Source: a virus. From it: a stretch of DNA of 64,000 nucleotides. The position numbers and the translations under genes are program-made. Shown here in pieces: positions 57,966 to 64,000 of this stretch. The stretch is taken from positions 10,512 through 74,511 of IMG/VR virus record IMGVR_UViG_3300030430_004661, one strand, 5' to 3'. The first letter of the stretch is position 1. Each line of letters begins with the position of its first letter. A model generated the notes under the pieces. It was not told the DNA's origin. It worked only from the letters and a program-made list of their open reading frames with translations, and ran no database searches.

Positions 57966-58904
57966 ATGGAAGAGAAACGTAAGATCGTTTCCGACATACT
58001 TGGATCGTATGTTCGGAAGGGAAATGAACACCTATACTCTTGTCCTTACTGCAAGCATCACAAAAAGAAGATGTCTGTTAATTTTGCACAAGGTGTATTC
58101 AAGTGTTGGGTTTGCGACACAAGAGGTAAGAACATTTACCGAATAGTTCGCAAGTTCGGAAACTACAACCAGAGACAAAGGTGGCTACAACTTGTCGGTC
58201 GCTTAGACCTATCAGAGTTTGATAATATCTTTGAAGGATTAAAAGATCAAGAACCAGAGCAAGTAGTTGAATTACCTAAAGAAATGGTGTCACTATGTAA
58301 TAAGCATTTACCTGTGTCATCAAAACGAGCTCTTGCATATCTGAGAACTCGCGGGATTTCTAGACGAGAGATACTCATGTGGAAGATTGGGTATTGCCCA
58401 ACCGGAAAATACGGAGGTAGAATAATCATACCATCGTTCAATGTCAATGGTCAGCCAAACTATTTTATTGCTCGTTCTTACGTCGGCCATCAACGAAAGT
58501 ATCTAAACCCACCAGCTTCTAGAGACATTATATTCAACGAACTGATGATCGACTGGGACGAACCAGTCGTTCTTGTCGAAGGAGCGTTTGATGCCATAGT
58601 AGCAGGAACTCAAGCAGTTCCAATACTTGGATCAACACTGAGACCTAATTCAAAATTATTTCAAGCCATAGCGCTTAACGACACACCGGTTTATATGGGT
58701 TTAGATGAAGATGCTGAAAAAAAAGCTGGACAAATGATTAGAAACATGTTACAATATGATATGGAGGTTTACAAGATCGACACTTCATCCGTAGAAGACA
58801 TAGGTTCGATGTCTCCGGAGCAGTTCTCTTGGGCCTATCAAAATGCTGAGGCTATAGACTCAGACTATTACTTTTTTCAAAAAATGATGCAAAATATAAT
58901 ATAG
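57966..58904 (+). CDS. dnaG: DNA primase (zinc finger plus TOPRIM)
   Basis: CPYC...CWVC, RIIIP, YFIAR, KYLNP, VLVEGAFDA, LDEDA. Confidence 0.92.
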   Translation: MEEKRKIVSDILGSYVRKGNEHLYSCPYCKHHKKKMSVNFAQGVFKCWVCDTRGKNIYRIVRKFGNYNQRQRWLQLVGRLDLSEFDNIFEGLKDQEPEQVVELPKEMVSLCNKHLPVSSKRALAYLRTRGISRREILMWKIGYCPTGKYGGRIIIPSFNVNGQPNYFIARSYVGHQRKYLNPPASRDIIFNELMIDWDEPVVLVEGAFDAIVAGTQAVPILGSTLRPNSKLFQAIALNDTPVYMGLDEDAEKKAGQMIRNMLQYDMEVYKIDTSSVEDIGSMSPEQFSWAYQNAEAIDSDYYFFQKMMQNII

Positions 58905-58912
58905 GAGGATTT

Positions 58913-61900
58913 ATGACTTATAAAATTGCACACATAGCGGATACTCACATTAGAAACTTGAAGTATCATGACGAATACAAAGTTGTATTCAAGAAGATGT
59001 ACGACAAGCTACGCCAACAAGGTGTCGATGCTATCGTTCATTGTGGTGACCTTGCTCACACAAAAACACAACTGTCTCCTGAGTATTTTGCTCTTGCGAC
59101 AGAGTTTCTTTACAATCTTGCCGAGATTGCTCCAACTTATATTATATTGGGTAATCACGACGGAAACCTTAAGAACTCAACCAGAGAGGATGCGGTGTCA
59201 CCGATTGTTAGTGCCCTGAAGCACCCGCAACTGCATCTTCTAAAGAACTCAGGTGAATATGACTTTGGGTCTGGGGTGACATTTAACGTAAAATCAATCT
59301 TTGATCGTGACAACTGGATTGAGCCCACTAATGCTTCAAAGATCAACATTGGCTTGTATCATGGAGCAGTTATGGGATCAAGAACCGGCAGTGGTTGGGC
59401 GATGGAGTTTGGAGATGATGATATCTCTATCTTTTCTAATTGTGACTATGCTATGCTTGGTGACATACACAAGCCTCAGATCCTCGATGAGGAAGGTCGA
59501 GTCCAGTACGCAGGGTCAACGGTACAACAAAACTTTGGCGAGTCAGGGCGAAAAGGCTACAAGCTGTGGACAATAAAAGACAAAGATAACTTCAATGTTG
59601 AGCATGTTGGTATACTATCACCAAGGCCATTTATAACTATAACCCTAACACAAGGTGGTGGTTTACCGGATGGTGCTTACATTCCTCGTGGCTGTAGACT
59701 AAGATTAATTGCAACTTCTAGTTTACCTTCCAACAAGATAAGAATAGTTACAGAGTATTGCAAAACAAAGTATAATCCGTACTCTGTGTCGTTTGTAAAC
59801 AAATCTGAAGACTCTGTTATGGAATCTCTGCAAGGCTCTAGCAAAATAGAGAACATGAGAGATCTAGCGGTCCAAGAAAAATGGATCAAAGAATATCTCA
59901 AAGATTTTAATTTAGAAACAGAGGTTATGGATGAGATCATGGAGCTGAATACAAAGTTCAATATGGAGGCAGAGAGGAATGAACAAGTTAGTAGAAATGT
60001 TATTTGGAATGTTAAGGAAATGCGCTTTGACAATTTATTTAACTATGGGGGAGATAATTCTGTGGATTTTTCAAAAGTGTCTGGCATTGTTGGAATATTT
60101 GGTAAAAATTACAGCGGCAAGTCTTCTATTATTGACTCTTTACTTTTTGGTCTTTACAATACCACGTCTAAAGGTGAAAGGAAGAACGTTCATATCATCA
60201 ATCAAAACAAAGAGTCAGCATCTATCAAATTGGTTTTCAATGCAGCAGGTCAAGAGTATAAAATATCTCGCAACCTTAACAAGGTTAATAAAACCATTAG
60301 AGGAAAGAAAACCATTGATGCAAAAGGTGATCTTGACTTCTCCAACATCACAATCAATGAATCCTGCAACGGAGACTCCAAAACAGATACAGATGCCAAT
60401 ATCCGCAAGGTCATAGGTACCATTGATGATTTCATGATTACATCGATGGCGTCACAGCTAGATTCGTTGTCGTTTATCAAAGAGGGGTCAACCAAGCGCA
60501 AGGAGATCCTTGCAAAGTTCTTGGACCTCGACCTGTTTGATAAGAAGTTCAAATTAGCGAAGGCTGCTTGTTCTGATATTTCGGCAGTCATTAAAAAGAT
60601 GAAAGCAAAGAATTATTCCGGCCAACTTGTTGCAAAACAAGAAGAACTAGAAGAAATCAAAGAAGATATCGAGAGACAGCAAGATCTTTGTGTCAGATTT
60701 ACCTCTAGGTATGATGAGTTAATGATCGACCTAAATGCAATAGAAGAAGAATTAAATTCTAGACCAACTGAAATAATTGACGTAAAAGCAGTAAAAGATC
60801 TTATAGTTTTAAAGAATAAAGACATAAAGCAAGCACAAGGTGACATAACCGCACTAAAACAAGTTATAGAGAAAAATACTGAAATTATAGCAGAAATCGA
60901 TAGCTTTCTTAGTGCCCTGTCTCAAGATCGATTAGAGACGTTGGAAAGTAAGTGGAGCATCTGGTCGTCAGAAAAGTCTGACTTGTTGTCAAAATTAAAT
61001 TTGAAAGAAAGTAAACATAAAAATGCTTCTAAAAAAATACACATGCTCGAAGGCCATGAGTACGATCCAGACTGCAAGTACTGCTGTGAAAACAAGTTTG
61101 TCAAAGACGCAAACAAAGCAGTAAAGGAGTTGCCGATCATACAGGCTGATATCGATGGCTTGCGCACTGAGTTGGAAGACTTGGATTACAAGATAGATAA
61201 CGTAGGTATTGAAAGTATCAAAAAAGATTTACAAAAGATAAAAGATCTAAGAATAAAAAAGAATCGTATGTTTTCTGAGATTGAGCAATCAAAAGTAAAG
61301 ATAGAAAGCGCCTCCACTAAGATTGAATTACTCAAGAACGAGATACAGTCCAATGAGGCAAAGGTTCAAGAGTATGAAGATAATCGTCATGTTATTGAAA
61401 ACTTATCTGTATTGCTTGGTGAACAAAAAGCTGTTAAAACCAAAGCACAAGAGTACAAAGCAAAGATGGATCGGTGTAACGAAAAGATTCAAGGTTACTT
61501 GATAGAGCAGGGTTCTGTGCAGCAGTTTATTAAAACTATCGAAGAACAGAAAAAGGAACAGGACGATCTGGAGAAAGAGTGGATTGCCTATGACTTGTTC
61601 ATGAGATGTATGCACCCTAATGGTATTGCGTACGAAGTTATTAAACAAAAGCTTCCAATCATTAACGAGGAGATTCAAAAGTGTTTAACAAACATTGTTG
61701 ACTTTGAAGTATTGTTTGAAAATAGCGGTAAGAATCTGAATATTTTGATCAAACACCCCCAGTATGAGCCTAGACCTTTGTCAATGGGATCGGGTGCTGA
61801 GAAAACTATTGCTGCTATGGCTATACGCCTTGCGCTCATTTCTATAACTAATTTACCTAAATCAACACTATTTATACTTGACGAACCTGCAACTGCTTTG

Positions 61901-62059
61901 GATCAAGAACACATGGAAGGTTTCATCCGTCTATTAGAAATGATCAAGACTAAATTTAAAACGGTTTTAATTATTTCGCATCTTGATTCTCTCAAAGACT
62001 GTGTTGATATGACAATTGATATAGACAAGGTTGGAGGTTACGCTAAAGTAAAGGTGTAA
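58913..62059 (+). CDS. Fused Mre11/SbcD nuclease-Rad50/SbcC ATPase (gp47-gp46 fusion)
   Basis: ADTH, CGD, GNHD, YHG, LGDIH, YAGS phosphoesterase motifs; then GKNYSGKS, CKYC hook, SGAE, FILDEP, ISH in one frame. Confidence 0.93.
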   Translation: MTYKIAHIADTHIRNLKYHDEYKVVFKKMYDKLRQQGVDAIVHCGDLAHTKTQLSPEYFALATEFLYNLAEIAPTYIILGNHDGNLKNSTREDAVSPIVSALKHPQLHLLKNSGEYDFGSGVTFNVKSIFDRDNWIEPTNASKINIGLYHGAVMGSRTGSGWAMEFGDDDISIFSNCDYAMLGDIHKPQILDEEGRVQYAGSTVQQNFGESGRKGYKLWTIKDKDNFNVEHVGILSPRPFITITLTQGGGLPDGAYIPRGCRLRLIATSSLPSNKIRIVTEYCKTKYNPYSVSFVNKSEDSVMESLQGSSKIENMRDLAVQEKWIKEYLKDFNLETEVMDEIMELNTKFNMEAERNEQVSRNVIWNVKEMRFDNLFNYGGDNSVDFSKVSGIVGIFGKNYSGKSSIIDSLLFGLYNTTSKGERKNVHIINQNKESASIKLVFNAAGQEYKISRNLNKVNKTIRGKKTIDAKGDLDFSNITINESCNGDSKTDTDANIRKVIGTIDDFMITSMASQLDSLSFIKEGSTKRKEILAKFLDLDLFDKKFKLAKAACSDISAVIKKMKAKNYSGQLVAKQEELEEIKEDIERQQDLCVRFTSRYDELMIDLNAIEEELNSRPTEIIDVKAVKDLIVLKNKDIKQAQGDITALKQVIEKNTEIIAEIDSFLSALSQDRLETLESKWSIWSSEKSDLLSKLNLKESKHKNASKKIHMLEGHEYDPDCKYCCENKFVKDANKAVKELPIIQADIDGLRTELEDLDYKIDNVGIESIKKDLQKIKDLRIKKNRMFSEIEQSKVKIESASTKIELLKNEIQSNEAKVQEYEDNRHVIENLSVLLGEQKAVKTKAQEYKAKMDRCNEKIQGYLIEQGSVQQFIKTIEEQKKEQDDLEKEWIAYDLFMRCMHPNGIAYEVIKQKLPIINEEIQKCLTNIVDFEVLFENSGKNLNILIKHPQYEPRPLSMGSGAEKTIAAMAIRLALISITNLPKSTLFILDEPATALDQEHMEGFIRLLEMIKTKFKTVLIISHLDSLKDCVDMTIDIDKVGGYAKVKV

Positions 62060-62062
62060 CAA

Positions 62063-62356
62063 ATGGATAAAGAAAAGATACTTGAAACTCTAAATGAAAA
62101 CATAGTAGAGGCAGGCCAAGAGAAGCTTGCGAGTTCGGACTTTCAAAAAGCATTGCACTTAAACAACCCAAGAAAGGGAGTTCTAGATGCGATACAAGAG
62201 AGGCTGATATCTCGTAAGCTTCTTGTTTTTATTTGCGCAACTGCTCTGCTCGCTTCGGCTCAACTTGATCCGGAGACTTGGGGAATGATTGCTATGATAT
62301 ATATCGGCGGACAAACTGCCGTTGACTTTGCAAAGATGTGGCGTCATGGTAGTTAA
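62063..62356 (+). CDS. Holin-like small membrane protein
   Basis: SRKLLVFICATALL...WGMIAMIYIGGQ, two hydrophobic helices. Confidence 0.5.
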   Translation: MDKEKILETLNENIVEAGQEKLASSDFQKALHLNNPRKGVLDAIQERLISRKLLVFICATALLASAQLDPETWGMIAMIYIGGQTAVDFAKMWRHGS

Positions 62357-62681
62357 TTGGTCAAAGGCAAAAGCATGGGTTAAGGCTCACTGGAACTGGT
62401 TGGTTCTTGTGGGCTTGTTCTGTTTGGCCTATGCCCTTGGCAGAAAGAACGCACGTGGTTTGCTTGTTCAGGCCGAGGTAGCCAAAGCACAGTACAAAGC
62501 AGAAGCGGAGGCTATAGAGACAGCAGCCAGAGATAAAAACAAGCGAGATCAAAAGATTGACAACAGAACCGAAGAGATCAAGCGAAAGATTGAGCTTAAG
62601 AAACAACAAGATCTGGAGGATCTTAAGAGAGACATAGATGCAGACAAAGTCTTCAGAGACTTAGGGATAGACAAGAAATGA
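62346..62681 (+). CDS. Membrane-anchored coiled-coil protein (i-spanin-like)
   Basis: N-terminal TM WLVLVGLFCLAYALG followed by a charged coiled coil. Confidence 0.5.
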   Translation: MVVNWSKAKAWVKAHWNWLVLVGLFCLAYALGRKNARGLLVQAEVAKAQYKAEAEAIETAARDKNKRDQKIDNRTEEIKRKIELKKQQDLEDLKRDIDADKVFRDLGIDKK

Positions 62682-63073
62682 TTTTATTACTACTATCATC
62701 ACTGGCTTGGGGATCAAGCCCTGAATATACTTACCTTAATAAAGGAGAGGTCGCACCATTTAACGGACGTCTGATGAGCGATGCGGCAATTGACCTCATA
62801 ACTCAGGAGATTGTAAACGCACCAGAAGAGTGTCGTATTGAGATGCAATATCAACTTGCCATGCTAGAAGCGGACAAGAACGAGGAGATAAGAAAGCTCA
62901 AGAGCGCAATGAAGTTCAATAATCAAATTCACGATGCAAAAATTTCAGAACAACAAAAGCGCATCCAAGAACTTGAAGAGTTGAAAACGCCTCCAAAATG
63001 GAGACTTTGGTTCGGTTTGGGACTAATTACTGGCGTAGGCACGACAATTGCCATAGCAAATGCGGTAAACTAA
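62678..63073 (+). CDS. Exported coiled-coil protein with C-terminal hydrophobic anchor (spanin-like)
   Basis: Signal peptide MILLLLSSLAWG, coiled coil, terminal WFGLGLITGVGTTIAIA. Confidence 0.45.
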   Translation: MILLLLSSLAWGSSPEYTYLNKGEVAPFNGRLMSDAAIDLITQEIVNAPEECRIEMQYQLAMLEADKNEEIRKLKSAMKFNNQIHDAKISEQQKRIQELEELKTPPKWRLWFGLGLITGVGTTIAIANAVN

Positions 63074-63074
63074 T

Positions 63075-63494
63075 ATGTTAGTAAGAATAGTAAAGGGCAT
63101 AAAGAAGCTGGTCTGCCCACCGGCAACTCAAGACCTCGCTCTTAACACAAAGAACCGAGACGCAACAATAAAGAAGTACAACTACGGACCTCTTAACGTT
63201 GACGAACCGGCTGACTATTGGGAGAAGATCGCAAAGTATTGGAAGACCACAGAAGAAGCCGCAAGAAAGTCTCTTTGTGGTAATTGCGTTGCGTTTGATA
63301 TCTCCCCTCGCATGAAAGAGTGTATGCCCGGCGATACGTTTGACGATGACGGAGAGCTTGGTTACTGTTGGATGCACCACTTCAAATGCCATTCAGCCCG
63401 TGCATGTCACACTTGGGCAAAAGGTGGTCCAATCAAGTCAGACAAAGAATCAGCCGAATGGCAAAGAAAAAACTCCGGAGGTATGGGTGAGTAG
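63075..63494 (+). CDS. Cys-rich metal-binding protein (HiPIP-like Cys spacing)
   Basis: CGNC..F...GYC..HHFKC...AC..W. Confidence 0.6.
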   Translation: MLVRIVKGIKKLVCPPATQDLALNTKNRDATIKKYNYGPLNVDEPADYWEKIAKYWKTTEEAARKSLCGNCVAFDISPRMKECMPGDTFDDDGELGYCWMHHFKCHSARACHTWAKGGPIKSDKESAEWQRKNSGGMGE

Positions 63495-63894
63495 CAAAGA
63501 TCCTAATTATATTGTTAAAGTAGAACAAGCAATAGCAAAAAAGTACGGAGAAGAAACCGTACAACACCCAAAAGCCAACTGGACTGATGACAAGGAGCGA
63601 GAATATATTTCTCAATTAAAAGACCTATATAAACAAAGAGATCAATTAGAATCTGAGGAAGTGGAAATTGACGGTGTTTTTATAAATAAAAAACTACTTA
63701 ATAAAGAATCGTCCAGATCTTGTCCGGTTTGTTCAACATACTCCTTTAAGTCTAATGATGATGTTTATATGTCAAAATTTGATTGTTGCGAAAAATGTTA
63801 TATACAATGGGTTGAAGGTCGAGAAGACAGATGGCTAAAAGGATGGAGACCCCAAAATGAAATTAACAAAAGCACAAATTCAAAAGATAATTAA
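63487..63894 (+). CDS. Hypothetical zinc-finger protein
   Basis: GTG start after GGAGG; CPVC...CCEKC. Confidence 0.7.
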   Translation: MSSKDPNYIVKVEQAIAKKYGEETVQHPKANWTDDKEREYISQLKDLYKQRDQLESEEVEIDGVFINKKLLNKESSRSCPVCSTYSFKSNDDVYMSKFDCCEKCYIQWVEGREDRWLKGWRPQNEINKSTNSKDN

Positions 63895-64000
63895 AGAAGA
63901 GCTTGAAGGTTTAGAAGAGCGCAATATAGGCCCCGATGCAGATAAGAATGTAATGGCAGCATTTAAAGCAACTGGTGATCGTGTAGAAGCATTTTTATCA
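63857..64000 (+). CDS. Partial protein beginning MKLTKAQIQKIIKEEL (runs off the window; absent from the ORF track)
   Basis: GGAG RBS, ATG 63857, open frame to the window end: MKLTKAQIQKIIKEELEGLEERNIGP... Confidence 0.75.
   Translation, partial: MKLTKAQIQKIIKEELEGLEERNIGPDADKNVMAAFKATGDRVEAFLS

Noticed and set aside
1215-63615. Numerous minus-strand and nested alternative-frame ORFs in the track (e.g. 24410..25189, 21009..21545)
   Set aside because: All lie within or largely overlap longer + strand genes with clear motifs or coupling; they look like antisense shadows with no recognisable domains
1-64000. Stop-codon reassignment, introns/inteins, tRNAs or IS elements
   Set aside because: Standard-code ORFs tile the window with TAA, TAG and TGA all used as stops; gaps are under ~80 bp and explained by promoters; no intein or transposase motifs noticed by eye

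Overview
A 64 kb, AT-rich, gene-dense segment of a large tailed dsDNA bacteriophage (myovirus-like, probably jumbo-sized). All credible genes lie on the + strand, use the standard code and are mostly translationally coupled. In order: small hypotheticals, a 1115-aa J-domain protein, PIN-PhoH, a HExxH protein and a Cas4-like nuclease (0-7.4 kb); an ~11.6 kb glycosylation locus with three GT4 domains, a short NeuB, NeuA, three sialyltransferase-like (GT42/Maf-type) domains, two PhyH-type dioxygenases, two O-methyltransferases and a small HAD phosphatase (7.5-19.1 kb); a gp55-like late sigma factor; a baseplate/tail module with spike, gp25, gp6 and giant LamG proteins (20.9-57.4 kb); RuvC-like resolvase, primase and a fused Mre11-Rad50; a holin/spanin-like cassette and small Cys-rich genes. 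The best candidate for an undescribed system is a phage-encoded nonulosonic acid (possibly KDN) synthesis, activation and transfer pathway. It sits next to structural proteins rich in a [ST]-[GAS]-S motif that could be an O-glycosylation sequon, suggesting a sialylated virion. Two cis-element classes occupy the larger intergenic gaps: near-consensus sigma70 promoters and a CTATTTAT motif usually found at the tip of a hairpin. All protein assignments come from motif recognition by eye; no searches were run.
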